A DNA stretch of 64,000 bases from Eledone cirrhosa (lineage: Eukaryota), in assembly GCA_964016885.1 (NCBI GenBank), contig OZ024764.1, positions 7,874,001 through 7,938,000 on the forward strand, given 5' to 3'. The notes under the pieces are model-generated. The model was given only the letters and a program-made list of their open reading frames with translations, had not been told where the DNA came from and did no database searches. A program made the translations under genes and the position numbers. Each line of letters starts with the position of its first letter. The first letter of the stretch is position 1. Of the stretch, positions 1 through 14,218 are shown piece by piece.

Positions 1-1237
1 CTGGAGCAATGTGAAATAAAGTGTCTTGCTCAAGGATACAGTGGACTGGAGCAATGTGAAATAAAGTGTCTTGCTTAAGGACACAGTGGACTGGAGCAAT
101 GTGAAATAAAGTGTCTTGCTCAAGGACACAGTGGACTGGAGCAATGTGAAATAAAGTGTCTTGCTCAAGGACACAGTGGACTGGAGCAATGTGAAATAAA
201 GTGTCTTGCTCAAGGATACAGTGGACTGGAGCAATGTGAAATAAAGTGTCTTGCTTAAGGACACAGTGGACTGGAGCAATGTGAAATAAAGTGTCTTGCT
301 CAAGGACACAGTGGACTGGAGCAATGTGAAATAAAGTGTCTTGCTCAAGGATACAGTGGACTGGAGCAATGTGAAATAAAGTGTCTTGCTTAAGGACACA
401 GTGGACTGGAGCAATGTGAAATAAAGTGTCTTGCTTAAGGACACAGTGGACTGGAGCAATGTGAAATAAAGTGTCTTGCTCAAGGACACAGTGGACTGGA
501 GCAATGTGAAATAAAGTGTCTTGCTCAAGGATACAGTGGACTGGAGCAATGTGAAATAAAGTGTCTTGCTCAAGGATACAGTGGACTGGAGCAATGTGAA
601 ATAAAGTGTCTTGCTCAAGGATACAGTGGACTGGAGCAATGTGAAATAAAGTGTCTTGCTCAAGGATACAGTGGACTGGAGCAATGTGAAATAAAGTGTC
701 TTGCTCAAGGACACAGTGGACTGGAGCAATGTGAAATAAAGTGTCTTGCTTAAGGACACAGTGGACTGGAGTAATGTGAAATAAAGTGTCTTGCTCAAGG
801 ACACAGTGGACTGGAGCAATGTGAAATAAAGTGTCTTGCTCAAGGATACAGTGGACTGGAGCAATGTGAAATAAAGTGTCTTGCTCAAGGATACAGTGGA
901 CTGGAGCAATGTGAAATAAAGTGTCTTGCTCAAGGATACAGTGGACTGGAGCAACGTGAAATAAAGTGTCTTGCTCAAGGATACAGTGGACTGGAGCAAT
1001 GTGAAATAAAGTGTCTTGCTGAAGGATGTAATGGACTGGAGCAACATGAAACAATGTATCTTGCTCAAGGATACAGTGGACTGGATCAATGTGAAATAAA
1101 GTGTCTTGCTCAAGGACACTGAACTGGAGTAATGTGAAATAAAGTCTCTTGCTTAAGGTTACAGTGGACTGGAGTAATGTGAGATAAAGTGTCTTGCTCA
1201 AGGTCACAGTGGAATGGAGCAATGTGAGATAAAGTAT
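1..1237. repeat. 45-bp tandem minisatellite (~27 copies), SINE-derived
   Basis: Unit ctggagcaatgtgaaataaagtgtcttgctcaagga(t/c)acagtgga; its core is the reverse complement of the SINE segment at ~13465-13505. Confidence 0.95.
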
Positions 1238-1341
1238 TTTACTCAGAGTACAACATACTGTGGTAAATGAACTCAGAACTGTACCCTAACCACAAAGCCA
1301 TATACATACTTGTTCTTACCTCTCTCTTCTGTATTTTCCAG

Positions 1342-1404
1342 CCAGACAGTGAAGAAAACAATGAGATGGTATTTTGTGATGGATGTGATATCTGTGTACA
1401 CCAG
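1342..1404 (+). CDS. JADE: Jade/rhinoceros PHD finger protein, exon (PHD1 N-part); earlier exons lie outside the window
   Basis: ag|PDSEENNEMVFCDGCDICVHQ|gt, phase 0/0; matches Jade PHD1. Confidence 0.93.
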
Positions 1405-1424
1405 GTAATTAATTTTTCTTCTTC

Positions 1425-2030
1425 TCCACCCACCAATTCCTGAGAGTGTCGTGGTGGCAGTCCTCAAATGGGTCCTGTCAGAAGCAACCATCTCCAACTG
1501 ATCCAGCTGGATCCCCAAGAGAGACCAGCCAAGCTCATGGATGTTATCCAGCCATCTTGCTCTGGGTCTCCTACCGGTTGGTTTCGCCCATAAAATCTAT
1601 CCAGCAATTCTTTCCTGAGACATTCTAACCACACGTCTGTAGTATCAGAGCTGTGATCTCTTAATTCAGAGATTCTTTCCTGAGACATTCTAACCACATG
1701 TCTGTAGTATCAGAGCTGTGATCTCTCAATTCGGAGATTCTTTCTTGAGACATTCTAACCACATGTCTGTAGTATCAGAGCTGTGATCTCTTAATTCAGA
1801 GATTCTTTCCTGAGACATTCTAACCACATGTCTGTAGTATCAGAGCTGTGATCTCTCAATTCGGAGATTCTTTCTTGAGACATTCTAACCCCATGTCTGT
1901 AGTATCAGAGCTGTGATCTCTCAATCCAGAGGTTCTTTCCCAAGACATTCTAACCTCATACCCATAGCTGTGAGCTCCAGGTAGAGCCACTACTTCTCCG
2001 AATTGTGAGATCACAGCCCCGATACTATGG
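1425..2030 (-). mobile_element. RTE-like LINE 3' fragment with ~5 copies of a 65-bp internal repeat
   Basis: Same 65-bp unit and flank as 10418-12810; minus frame IERSQL*YYRHVVRMSQERI resembles the RTE C-terminus. Confidence 0.65.
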
Positions 2031-2289
2031 GTAATTATTTAATTAATTCGTTAATTGCTAATTACTTTCACAACTTATTGCTAACTAGCTGGCCTCATGC
2101 CATCAAAAATAACGGCTAATTGTAATATCTATACATAATATAAAAAGGAGATGGTTTGTTGGTGGTCAACGTTATCACCCCTTCCTTCCTCATTCATCTC
2201 TACTGCATTATGGACAAATACACAAGGCTAATATATTAGTAGAATACATTTTTAATTTGATCTCGTTACCTTTCTTTGTCTTCTTGTTC

Positions 2290-5200
2290 TCTCATTGTCC
2301 CCTATAATTAAAACATACAGGAAACCTCCCATGAGATACAATATTGTATGAGACCCACTAAACCTACATAGGTGTTAGCTGTAACAACATGATAGGGGTC
2401 CCTATCATTTAACACCTGATAGGAGACCAGCTAAACCTACTTAAATATTAGCTTAACAACAATATGATAGAACTGGGGTTCTATTATGAGAGCCCTGTTT
2501 GTAGGGGGGCCAGCTAAACCTACATAGGAGTGGATTCCCTATCATTAAACACCTTGTAGGAGACCAGCTAGACCTACATAGGACTGGGGTCCCCAAAATG
2601 AAACACCTTGTAGGAGACCAGCTAAACCTATATAGGACTGGGGTCCCTAAAATTAAACACCTTGTAGGAGACCAGCTAAACCTACATAGGACTGGGGTCC
2701 CCCAAATGAAACACCTTGTAGGAGACCAGCTAAACCTACATAGATATGAGCTGTAACAAGATAGGGCTTGGGTCCCTATCATTAAACGTCTTACAGGAGA
2801 CCAGCTAAACTTACATAGATATTAGCTTAACAACAACATGATAGAACCGGGGTCCTTATTATTAAAGCACTGTTTGTAGGGGGCCAGCTAAACCTGCATA
2901 GGTGTGAGCTGTAACAACAACATGATAGGATTGGGGTCCCTATCATTAAAACACAGTAGAAAACCCCTATGAGATACAACCTTGTAGGAGGCCAGCTAAA
3001 CCTACATAGGTGTGAGCTGTAACAACATGATAGGATTGGGGTCCCTATCATTAAACATCTTATAGGACACTAGCTTAACAACATGATAGGATTGGGGTCC
3101 CTATCATTAAACACCTGATAGGAGACTAGCTTAACAACATGATAGGATTGGGGTCCCTATCATTTAACACCTGATAGGAGACTAGCTAACAACATGATAG
3201 GATTGGGGTCCCTATCATTTAACACCTGATAGGACACTAGCTTAACAACTTGATAGGATTGGGGTCCCTATCATTTAACATCTTATAGGACACTAGCTTA
3301 ACAACATGATAGGATTGGGGTCCCTATCATTAAACACCTGATAGGAGACTAGCTTAACAACATGATAGGATTGGGGTCCCTATCATTTAACATCTTATAG
3401 GACACTAGCTTAACAACATGATAGGATTGGGGTCCCTATCATTAAACACCTGATAGGAGACTAGCTTAACAACATGATAGGATTGGGGTCCCTATCATTA
3501 AACATCTTATAGGAGACTAGCTTAACAACATGATAGCATTGGGGTCCCTATCATTTAACACCTGATAGGAGACTAGCTTAACAACATGATAGCATTGGGG
3601 TCCCTATCATTTAACACCTGATAGGACACTAGCTTAACAACATGATAGCATTGGGGTCCCTATCATTTAACACCTGATAGGAGACTAGCTTAACAACATG
3701 ATAGGATTGGGGTCCCTATCATTTAACACCTGATAGGAGACTAGCTTAACATGATAGGATTGGGGTCCCTATCATTAAACACCTGATAGGAGACTAGCTT
3801 AACAACATGATAGGATTGGGGTCCCTATCATTTAACACCTGATAGGAGACTAGCTTAACAACATGATAGGATTGGGGTCCCTATCATTTAACACCTGATA
3901 GGAGACTAGCTTAACAACATGATAGGATTGGGGTCCCTATCATTTAACACCTGATAGGAGACTAGCTTAACAACATGATAGGATTGGGGTCCCTATCATT
4001 TAACACCTGATAGGAGACTAGCTTAACAACATGATAGGATTGGGGTCCCTATCATTAAACATCTTATAGGAGACTAGCTTAACAACATGATAGGATTGGG
4101 GTCCCTATCATTTAACATCTTATAGGAGACTAGCTTAACAACATGATAGGATTGGGGTCCCTATCATTAAACATCTTATAGGAGACTAGCTTAACAACAT
4201 GATAGGATTGGGGTCCCTATCATTTAACACCTGATAGGACACTAGCTTAACAACATGATAGGATTGGGGTCCCTATCATTTAACACCTGATAGGAGACTA
4301 GCTTAACAACATGATAGGATTGGGGTCCCTATCATTTAACACCTGATAGGACACTAGCTTAACAACATGATAGGATTGGGGTCCCTATCATTTAACACCT
4401 GATAGGACACTAGCTTAACAACATGATAGGATTGGGGTCCCTATCATTTAACACCTTATAGGACACTAGCTTAACAACATGATAGGATTGGGGTCCCTAT
4501 CATTTAACACCTGATAGGAGACTAGCTTAACAACATGATAGGATTGGGGTCCCTATCATTTAACACCTGATAGGAGACTAGCTTAACAACATGATAGGAT
4601 TGGGGTCCCTATCATTTAACACCTGATAGGACACTAGCTTAACAACATGATAGGATTGGGGTCCCTATCATTTAACACCTGATAGGACACTAGCTTAACA
4701 ACATGATAGGATTGGGGTCCCTATCATTTAACACCTGATAGGAGACTAGCTTAACAACATGATAGGATTGGGGTCCCTATCATTTAACATCTTATAGGAC
4801 ACTAGCTTAACAACATGATAGGATTGGGGTCCCTATCATTTAACATCTTATAGGACACTAGCTTAACAACATGATAGGATTGGGGTCCCTATCATTTAAC
4901 ATCTGATAGGACACTAGCTTAACAACATGATAGGATTGGGGTCCCTATCATTTAACATCTTATAGGACACTAGCTTAACAACATGATAGGATTGGGGTCC
5001 CTATCATTTAACATCTTATAGGACACTAGCTTAACAACATGATAGGATTGGGGTCCCTATCATTAAACACCTGATAGGACACTAGCTTAACAACATGATA
5101 GGATTGGGGTCCCTATCATTTAACACCTGATAGGAGACTAGTTTAACAACATGATAGGATTGGGGTCCCTATCATTAAACATCTTATAGGACACTAGCTT

Positions 5201-6920
5201 AACAACATGATAGGATTGGGGTCCCTATCATTTAACACCTTATAGGACACTAGCTTAACAACATGATAGGATTGGGGTCCCTATCATTTAACACCTTATA
5301 GGACACTAGCTTAACAACATGATAGGATTGGGGTCCCTATCATTAAACATCTTATAGGACACTAGCTTAACAACATGATAGGATTGGGGTCCCTATCATT
5401 TAACACCTTATAGGACACTAGCTTAACAACATGATAGGATTGGGGTCCCTATCATTTAACACCTGATAGGACACTAGCTTAACAACATGATAGGATTGGG
5501 GTCCCTATCATTAAACACCTGATAGGACACTAGCTTAACAACATGATAGGATTGGGGTCCCTATCATTTAACATCTTATAGGACACTAGCTTAACAACAT
5601 GATAGGATTGGGGTCCCTATCATTTAACATCTTATAGGACACTAGCTTAACAACATGATAGGATTGGGGTCCCTGTCATTAAACACCTGATAGGAGACTA
5701 GCTTAACATGATAGGATTGGGGTCCCTATCATTAAACACCTGATAGGAGTGGGGTCCCTATCATTTAACACCTGATAGGACACTAGCTTAACAACATGAT
5801 AGGATTGGGGTCCCTATCATTAAACACCTGATAGGACACTAGCTTAACAACATGATAGGATTGGGGTCCCTATCATTTAACATCTTATAGGACACTAGCT
5901 TAACAACATGATAGGATTGGGGTCCCTATCATTTAACACCTGATAGGAGACTAGCTTAACAACATGATAGGATTGGGGTCCCTATCATTTAACACCTGAT
6001 AGGACACTAGCTTAACAACATGATAGGATTGGGGTCCCTATCATTTAACACTTGATAGGAGATTAGCTTAACAACATGATAGGATTGGGGTCCCTATCAT
6101 TAAACATCTGATAGGACACTAGCTTAACAACATGATAGGATTGGGGTCCCTATCATTTAACACCTGATAGGACACTAGCTTAACAACATGATAGGATTGG
6201 GGTCCCTATCATTTAACACCTGATAGGACACTAGCTTAACAACATGATAGGATTGGGGTCCCTATCATTAAACATCTTATAGGAGACTAGCTTAACAACA
6301 TGATAGGATTGGGGTCCCTATCATTTAACACCTTATAGGAGACTAGCTTAACAACATGATAGGATTGGGGTCCCTATCATTTAACACCTGATAGGACACT
6401 AGCTTAACAACATGATAGGATTGGGGTCCCTATCATTAAACATCTTATAGGACACTAGCTTAACAACATGATAGGATTGGGGTCCCTATCATTTAACACC
6501 TGATAGGACACTAGCTTAACAACATGATAGGATTGGGGTCCCTATCATTTAACACCTGATAGGACACTAGCTTAACAACATGATAGGATTGGGGTCCCTA
6601 TCATTAAACATCTGATAGGACACTAGCTTAACAACATGATAGGATTGGGGTCCCTATCATTAAACATCTTATAGGACACTAGCTTAACAACATGATAGGA
6701 TTGGGGTCCCTATCATTAAACATCTTATAGGACACTAGCTTAACAACATGATAGGATTGGGGTCCCTATCATTTAACACCTGATAGGAGACTAGCTTAAC
6801 AACATGATAGGATTGGGGTCCCTATCATTAAACACCTGATAGGAGACTAGCTTAACAACATGATAGGATTAGGGTCCCTATTATTAAACATCTAAAGCAC
6901 TGTTTGTAGGGGGCCAGCTA
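2290..6920. repeat. Dispersed repeat expanded into a 56-bp hairpin-containing satellite (~3020-6890, ~69 copies)
   Basis: Unit atgataggattggggtccctatcatttaacacctgataggagactagcttaacaac; related single-copy sequence inverted at ~15800-15965. Confidence 0.95.
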
Positions 6921-6969
6921 AACATAGGTATTAGCTAAAAATTTAAATACATATTTTCTCATTTTTCAG

Positions 6970-7088
6970 GCCTGTTATGGCATTCAAGCCATTCCTGAGG
7001 GGAGTTGGCTCTGTCGTCCATGTTCCCTGGGGGTGAAACCTGTCTGTATTCTATGTCCAAATACTAATGGGGCCATGAAAAGTACGCG
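6970..7088 (+). CDS. JADE: Jade exon (PHD1 C-part, Zn knuckle)
   Basis: ag|[39 protein letters not shown](R)|gtaagt, phase 0/2. Confidence 0.95.
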
Positions 7089-7099
7089 GTAAGTGGCAT

Positions 7100-9660
7100 T
7101 GTTATTATTGGTGTTGGTGGAGGTTGTTGTGGTGGTGGTGTTGGTAGTGGTGGTGGTGGTGTTGGTAGTGGTGGTGGTGGTGTTGGTAGTGGTGGTGTCG
7201 GTGGTGATTATTGTGAAGGTCTTGGTTGTGTGTTGGTGGTGTTGGTGGTATTGGTAGTGGTGTTGTCGGTGGTGGTATTGGTAGTGGTGGTAGTGGTGTT
7301 GTCGGTGGTGGTTGTGTGATGGTGGTATTGGTAGTGGTGTTGTCGGTGGTGGTTGTGTAATGGTGGTCTTGGTGGTGGTAATGGTAGTGGTGTTGTCGGT
7401 GGTGGTTGTGTGATGGTGGTCTTGGTGGTGGTGTTGTCAGTGGTGGTGGTGTGATGGTGGTCTTGGTGGTGGTGTTGTCAGTGGTGGTTGTGTGATGGTG
7501 GTCTTGGTGGTGGTGTTGTCAGTGGTGGTTGTGTGATGGTGGTCTTGGTGGTGGTGTTGTCAGTGGTGGTTGTGTGATGGTGGTCTTGGTGGTGGTGTTG
7601 TCAGTGGTGGTTGTGTGATGGTGGTCTTGGTGGTATTGGTAGTGGTGTTGTCGGTGGTGGTTGTGTGATGGTGGTCTTGGTGGTGGTAATGGTAGTGGTG
7701 TTGTCGGTGGTGGTCTTGGTGGTGGTGTTGTCGGTGGTGGTTGTGTGATGGTGGTATTGGTAGTGGTGTTGTCGGTGGTGGTCTTGGTGGTGGTAATGGT
7801 AGTGGTGTTGTCGGTGGTGGTTGTGTCTTGGTGGTGGTTGTGTGATGGTGGTCTTGGTGGTGGTGTTGTCGGTGGTGGTTGTGTGATGGTGGTCTTGGTG
7901 GTGGTAATGGTAGTGGTGTTGTCGGTGGTGGTGGTAATGGTGGTGGTGTTGTCGGTGGTGGTTGTGTGATGGTGGTAATGGTGGTGGTATTGTCGGTGGT
8001 GGTCTTGGTGGTATTGGTAGTGGTGTTGTCGGTGGTGGTTGTGTGATGGTGGTCTTGGTGGTGGTAATGGTAGTGGTATTGTCGGTGGTGGTTGTGTGAT
8101 GGTGGTAATGGTGGTGGTGTTGTCGGTGGTGGTTGTGTGATGGTGGTCTTGGTGGTATTGGTGGTGGTATTGTCGGTGGTGGTTGTGTGATGGTGATCTT
8201 GGTGGTATTGGTAGTGGTATTGTCGGTGGTGGTTGTGTGATGGTGGTCTTGGTGGTAATGGTGGTGGTGTTGTCGGTGGTGGTTGTGTGATGGTAATGGT
8301 AGTGGTATTGTCGGTGGTGGTTGTGTGATGGTGGTCTTGGTGGTATTGGTAGTGGTATTGTCGGTGGTGGTTGTGTGATGGTGGTCTTGGTGGTGGTATT
8401 GTCGGTGGTGGTTGTGTGATGGTAATGGCAGTGGTATTGTCGGTGGTGGTTGTGTGATGGTGGTCTTGGTGGTATTGGTAGTGGTATTGTCGGTGGTGGT
8501 TGTGTGATGGTGGTCTTGGTGGTGGTAATGGTAGTGGTATTGTCGGTGGTGGTTGTGTGATGGTAATGGTAGTGGTATTGTCGGTGGTGGTTGTGTGATG
8601 GTGGTCTTGGTGGTATTGGTAGTGGTGTTGTCGGTGGTGGTTGTGTGATGGTGGTCTTGGTGGTATTGGTAGTGGTATTGTCGGTGGTGGTTGTGTGATG
8701 GTGGTCTTGGTGGTATTGGTAGTGGTGTTGTCGGTGGTGGTTGTGTGATGGTGGTCTTGGTGGTGGTATTGTCGGTGGTGGTTGTGTGATGGTAATGGTA
8801 GTGGTATTGTCGGTGGTGGTTGTGTGATGGTGGTCTTGGTGGTATTGGTAGTGGTGTTGTCGGTGGTGGTTGTGTGATGGTAATGGTAGTGGTATTGTCG
8901 GTGGTGGTTGTGTGATGGTAATGGTAGTGGTATTGTCGGTGGTGGTTGTGTGATGGTGGTCTTGGTGGTGGTATTGTCGATGGTGGTTGTGTGATGGTAA
9001 TGGTAGTGGTATTGTCGGTGGTGGTTGTGTGATGGTAATGGTAGTGGTATTGTCGGTGGTGGTTGTGTGATGGTGGTCTTGGTGGTATTGGTAGTGGTGT
9101 TGTCGGTGGTGGTTGTGTGATGGTGGTCTTGGTGGTGGTAATGGTAGTGGTATTGTCGGTGGTGGTTGTGTGATGGTAATGGTAGTGGTATTGTCGGTGG
9201 TGGTTGTGTAATGGTGGTCTTGGTGGTATTGGTAGTGGTGTTGTCGGTGGTGGTTGTGTGATGGTGGTCTTGGTGGTATTGGTAGTGGTGTTGTCGGTGG
9301 TGGTTGTGTGATGGTGGTCTTGGTGGTGGTATTGTCGGTGGTTGTTGTGTGATGGTGGTCTTGTGGTATTGGTAGTGGTGTTGTCGGTGGTGGTGGTAAT
9401 GGTAGTGGTATTGTCGGTGGTGGTTGTGTGATGGTGGTCTTGGTGGTGGTAATGGTAGTGGTGTTGTCGGTGGTGGTCTTGGTGGTGGTGTTGTCGGTGG
9501 TGGTTGTGTGATGGTGGTATTGGTAGTGGTGTTGTCGGTGGTGGTCTTGGTGCTGGTAATGGTAGTGGTGTTGTCGGTGGTGGTAATGGCAGTGCTGTTG
9601 GTATTGGAGGTGGTGGTTGTAGTGGAGGTGTTGGTGGTGGTCCTGTTCATAGTGTGATAG
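7100..9660. repeat. GGT-based compound low-complexity repeat
   Basis: Mosaic of ggt/ggttgtgtgat/ggtctt/gtcggt modules inside an intron. Confidence 0.95.
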
Positions 9661-9708
9661 TGGTAGTAGGAATGGTGTTGTCGTGGCAACACCTTCCATA
9701 ATACACCC

Positions 9709-10228
9709 GTTTATAGTATCTTTACTGGGGGAGAGATTGTTGTGAACATTTACAGTATTACAGTAAAGACTTTAATATTTAATGTGATGTAGTCATAGTG
9801 TTGTTTTGTACTAAATGTTTATAGTATCTTTACTGGTGGACAGATTGTTGTGAAAATTTACAGTATTACAGTAAAGACTTTAATATTTAATGTGATGTAG
9901 TCATAGTGTTGTTTTGTACTAAATGTTTATAGTATCTTTACTGGTGGACAGATTGTTGTGAAAATTTACAGTATTACAGTAAAGACTTTAATATTTAATG
10001 TGATGTAGTCATAGTGTTGTTTTGTACTAAATGTTTATAGTATCTTTACTGGTAGACAGATTGTTGTGAAAATTTACAGTATTACAGTAAAGACTTTAAT
10101 ATTTAATGTGATGTAGTCATAGTGTTGTTTTGTACTAAATGTTTATAGTATCTTTACTGGTAGACAGATTGTTGTGAAAATTTACAGTATTACAGTAAAG
10201 ACTTTAATATTTAATGTGATGTAGTCAT
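9709..10228. repeat. 108-bp tandem repeat (~5 copies)
   Basis: gtttatagtatctttact recurs at 9709, 9817, 9925, 10033, 10141; inverted array at ~31220-31615. Confidence 0.92.
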
Positions 10229-10279
10229 CTGGTACAGTAATATTATAATACTGTCATATATCTGTATTTATTACTATAG

Positions 10280-10385
10280 CAGTGGTACTAAGTGGGCCCA
10301 CGTGAGCTGTTCTCTATGGATTCCGGAGGTTAGCATTGGCTGCGTTGAACGCATGGAACCTATTACCAAAATTTCACAGATTCCT
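10280..10385 (+). CDS. JADE: Jade exon
   Basis: ag|(R)[35 protein letters not shown]|gtgag, phase 2/0. Confidence 0.95.
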
Positions 10386-10417
10386 GTGAGTATATATATA
10401 TATATATATATATATAT

Positions 10418-12810
10418 CTTCTTCTTCGTCCACTATTCCGGAGAGGGTCGTTGGGGTAGAGTCCTTAACACTCCCTCCAGCAGGTCCTATTAGAAGCAAC
10501 TGTGTCCAACTGATCCGGCTGGACCCCCAAGCGTGATTATTCAAGCTCATGGATGTTATCCAACCAAGGGTCTACTCCTGGGTCTCATACCAGTTGGTTT
10601 TGCCCGTAAAATTTGTCCAGAGATTCTTTACTGAGATATTCTAACCACATGTCTGTAGTATCAGAGCTGTGATCTCTCAATTCAAAGATTCTTTCCTGAG
10701 ACATTCTAACCACATGTCTGTAGTGTCAGAGCTGTGATCTCTCAATTCAGAGATTCTTTCCTCAGACATTCTAACCACATGTCTGTAGTATCAGAGCTGT
10801 GATCTCTCAATTCAGAGATTCTTTCCTGAGACATTCTAACCACATGTCTGTAGTATCAGAGCTGTGGTCTCTCAATTCAGAGATTATTTCCTGAGACATT
10901 CTAACCCCACGTCTGTAGTATGAGAGCTGTGATCTCTCAATTCAGAGATTATTTCCTGAGACATTCTAACCACATGTCTGTAGTATCAGAGCTGTGATCT
11001 CTCAATCCAGAGATTCTTTCCTCAGACATTCTAACCACATGTCTGTAGTATCAGAGCTGTGGTCTCTCAATCCAGAGATTCTTTCCTCAGACATTCTAAC
11101 CACATGTCTGTAGTATCAGAGCTGTGATCTCTCAATCCAGAGATTCTTTCCTCAGACATTCTAACCACATGTCTGTAGTATCAGAGCTGTGGTCTCACAA
11201 TTCAGTGATTCTTTCTTGAGACATTCTAACCACATATCTGTAGTATCAGAGCTGTGATCTCTCAATTCAAAGATTCTTTACTGAGACATTCTAACCACAT
11301 GTCTGTAGTATCAGAGCTGTGGTCTCTCAATCCAGAGATTCTTTCCTCAGACATTCTAACCACATATCTGTAGTATCAGAGCTGTGATCTCTCAATTCAA
11401 AGATTCTTTACTGAGACATTCTAACCACATGTCTGTAGTATCAGAGCTGTGATCTCTCAATTCAGAGATTCTTTCCTCAGACATTCTAACCACAGATCTG
11501 TAGTATCAGAGCTGTGATCTCTCAATCCAGAGATTCTTTCCTCAGACATTCTAACCACATGTCTGTAGTATCAGAGCTGTGATCTCTCAATCCAGAGATT
11601 CTTTCCTCAGACATTCTAACCACATATCTGTAGTATCAGAGCTGTGATCTCTCAATTCAAAGATTCTTTACTGAGACATTCTAACCACATGTCTGTAGTA
11701 TCAGAGCTGTGATCTCTCAATTCAGAGATTCTTTCCTCAGACATTCTAACCACATATCTGTAGTATCAGAGCTGTGATCTCTCAATCCAGAGATTTTTTC
11801 CTGAGACATTCTAACCACATGTCTGTAGTATCAGAGCTGTGATCTCTCAATTCAGAGATTCTTTCCTGAGACATTCTAACCACATGTCTGTAGTATCAGA
11901 GCTGTGATCTCTCAATTCAGAGATTCTTTCCTGAGACATTCTAACCACATGTCTGTAGTATCAGAGCTGTGGTCTCTCAATTCAGAGATTCTTTCCTGAG
12001 ACATTCTAACCACATGTCTGTAGTATCAGAGCTGTGATCTCTCAATTCAGAGATTCTTTCCTGAGACATTCTAACCACGTGTCTGTAGTATCAGAGCTGT
12101 GATCTCTCAATTCAGAGATTCTTTCCTGAGACATTCTAACCACATGTCTGTAGTATCAGAGCTGTGATCTCTCAATTCAGAGATTCTTTCCTGAGACATT
12201 CTAACCTCATGTCTGTAGTATCATAACTGAGATCTCTCAATTCAGAGATTCTTTCCTGAGACATTCTAACCACATGTCTGTAGTATCAGAGCTGTGATCT
12301 CTCAATTCAGAGATTCTTTCCTCAGACATTCTAACCACATGTCTGTAGTATCAGAGCTGTGATCTCTCAATTCAGAGATTCTTTCCTGAGACATTCTAAC
12401 CTCATGTCTGTAGTATCAGAGCTGTGATCTCTCAATTCAGAGATTCTTTCCTGAGACATTCTAACCACATGTCTCTAGTATCAGAGCTGTGATCTCTCAA
12501 TTCAGAGATTCTTTCCTCAGACATTCTAACCACATGTCTTTAGTATCAGAGCTGTGATCTCTCAATTCAGAGATTCTTTCCTGAGACATTCTAACCACAT
12601 GTCTGTAGTATCAGAGCTGTGATCTCTCAATTCAGAGATTCTTTCCTCAGACATTCTAACCACATGTCTGTAGTATCAGAGCTGTGATCTCTCAATTCAG
12701 AGATTCTTTCCTGAGACATTCTAACCACATGTCTGTAGTATCAGAGCTGTGATCTCTCAATTCAGAAAAGTAGCGGCTCTACCTGGAGTGACTCTGATCT
12801 CTGAGCTACG
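10418..12810 (-). mobile_element. RTE-like LINE 3' fragment containing a 65-bp satellite (~10620-12765, ~33 copies)
   Basis: Minus frame ..VEPLLF / IERSQL*YYRHVVRMSQERISGQILRAKPTGMRPRSRP..; the repeated unit is the RWxGHVxRM region. Confidence 0.75.
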
Positions 12811-13398
12811 CACTTTATTGGGTAACGTTACTCCAATGGCCCTTTGGAGGAATCCCATTTCGGCCGCTTGTATTCGCGATGATACTCTTTTGGTCATTAC
12901 CCAAGATTCATGACCATAGGTAAGAGTTGGCATGAAAATTGAATTGAAGATAGGAATAAGCCGACCAGAACCATGTTGCTACAATAAAACAACATCGATA
13001 TATACAAACAAAGTTTGTGTGTGTGTGTATATCTGTATTTGCGCTTGTTTGTATATATATATCTGTATATTTGTGTGTTTCATCATCATCGTTTAACGTC
13101 TATCTTCTACGCTAGCATGGGTTTAGATGGGAATTGTCCTACTTGAGGCAAGATTGGTCGGGTGACCATGTCTCTCTCGTATAGGGCTGTCTGTCAGGTT
13201 TTCTACGACTGGATGCCTTTCCTAACACCAACCACGTTTACAGTGTGGAACTGAGAGGTTTTTACGGCCACATTACAGCCTGGACTGTGTGTTTTTGTCA
13301 TGACACCTACCCGACCATTTATTTTGGACTGGATTGTGTATGTATATATATATGCGTGTGTGCTTGTTTGTATGTATATCTGTATTTGTGTATATATA

Positions 13399-13720
13399 TG
13401 GCTTAGTGGTTAGAGCATTGGGCTTGCAATCGAAAGGTGAGTTCAATTCTCAGACCGGGTGATGTTGTTTCCTTGAGCAAGACACTTTATTTCACATTGC
13501 TCCAGTTTACTCAGCTGTAGAAATGAGATGATAGGGACTGAGGTCCCTATCATTCCACTGCAAAGTGGTCGTGGAGGTGCCACGGCAAAAAAGCACCCAG
13601 CACTCACTGTAAATGAGGTTGGTGTTAGGAAGGGCATCCAGCTGTAGAAATCAAGCCAGAATCAGTTCCCGTCCCACCCTTGCAAGCAGGGAAAAGGGGA
13701 CGTAAAATGACGATGATGAT
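13399..13720 (+). mobile_element. tRNA-derived SINE
   Basis: A-box tggcttagtgg, B-box-like gagttcaatt, (gat)n tail; reverse partial copies at ~25540-25860 and ~36415-36620. Confidence 0.75.
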
Positions 13721-13757
13721 ATATGTGTGTGTGCGTGTTTGTATGTATATCTGTATT

Positions 13758-13788
<31 letters not shown>

Positions 13789-13854
13789 GTTTGTGTGTGT
13801 ATGTACATCTGTATTTGTATATATATATATATATATATATCACAGTATTATTAA

Positions 13855-13960
13855 TTCCCGCCGAAGTTAACTTTGCCTTTCATCCTTACGGGGTCGATAA
13901 AATAAAGTACCAGTAATGCACTGGGTAATTGCTGGCCTTGTGCCTAAAGTAGAAACAATT
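13855..13960 (+). mobile_element. Second SINE family fragment (Deu/Nin-domain-like core)
   Basis: gcctttcatccttacggggtcgataaaataaagtaccag core; also at ~21575-21725, 36160-36280, 37615-37800 (-), 37995-38165. Confidence 0.7.
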
Positions 13961-13989
13961 ATAAATTTTTTTTTTTTTTTCTGTTGTAG

Positions 13990-14163
13990 CCAAGTCGTTG
14001 GGCGTTAGTATGCTGTTTGTGCAAAGAACGCGTTGGAGCCTGTATCCAGTGCTCAGTGAAGACGTGTAAGACAGCATTCCATGTTACTTGTGCTTTCGAC
14101 AACAACTTGGAGATGAGGACGATCTTGGATGAATCTGATGTGGAAAGTGGCGTCAAATTAAGG
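13990..14163 (+). CDS. JADE: Jade exon (PHD2)
   Basis: ag|[42 protein letters not shown]|gt, phase 0/0. Confidence 0.95.
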
Positions 14164-14218
14164 GTACGTACATAGGTACATTAGTCTTTCATTCTGCTTT
14201 TGACTGGTCGAAACTGGC

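Noticed and set aside
3020-6890. CRISPR-like array (palindromic repeats)
   Set aside because: No unique spacers, no cas genes, eukaryotic intron
7519-9699. Two >700-aa Thr/Pro/His-rich ORFs on the - strand (mucin/extensin-like)
   Set aside because: They are translations of a GGT/ACC triplet-based repeat inside a Jade intron; several frames are open simply because the repeat lacks stops
13399-13460. tRNA gene
   Set aside because: A/B boxes are present but there is no full cloverleaf; it is the head of a SINE
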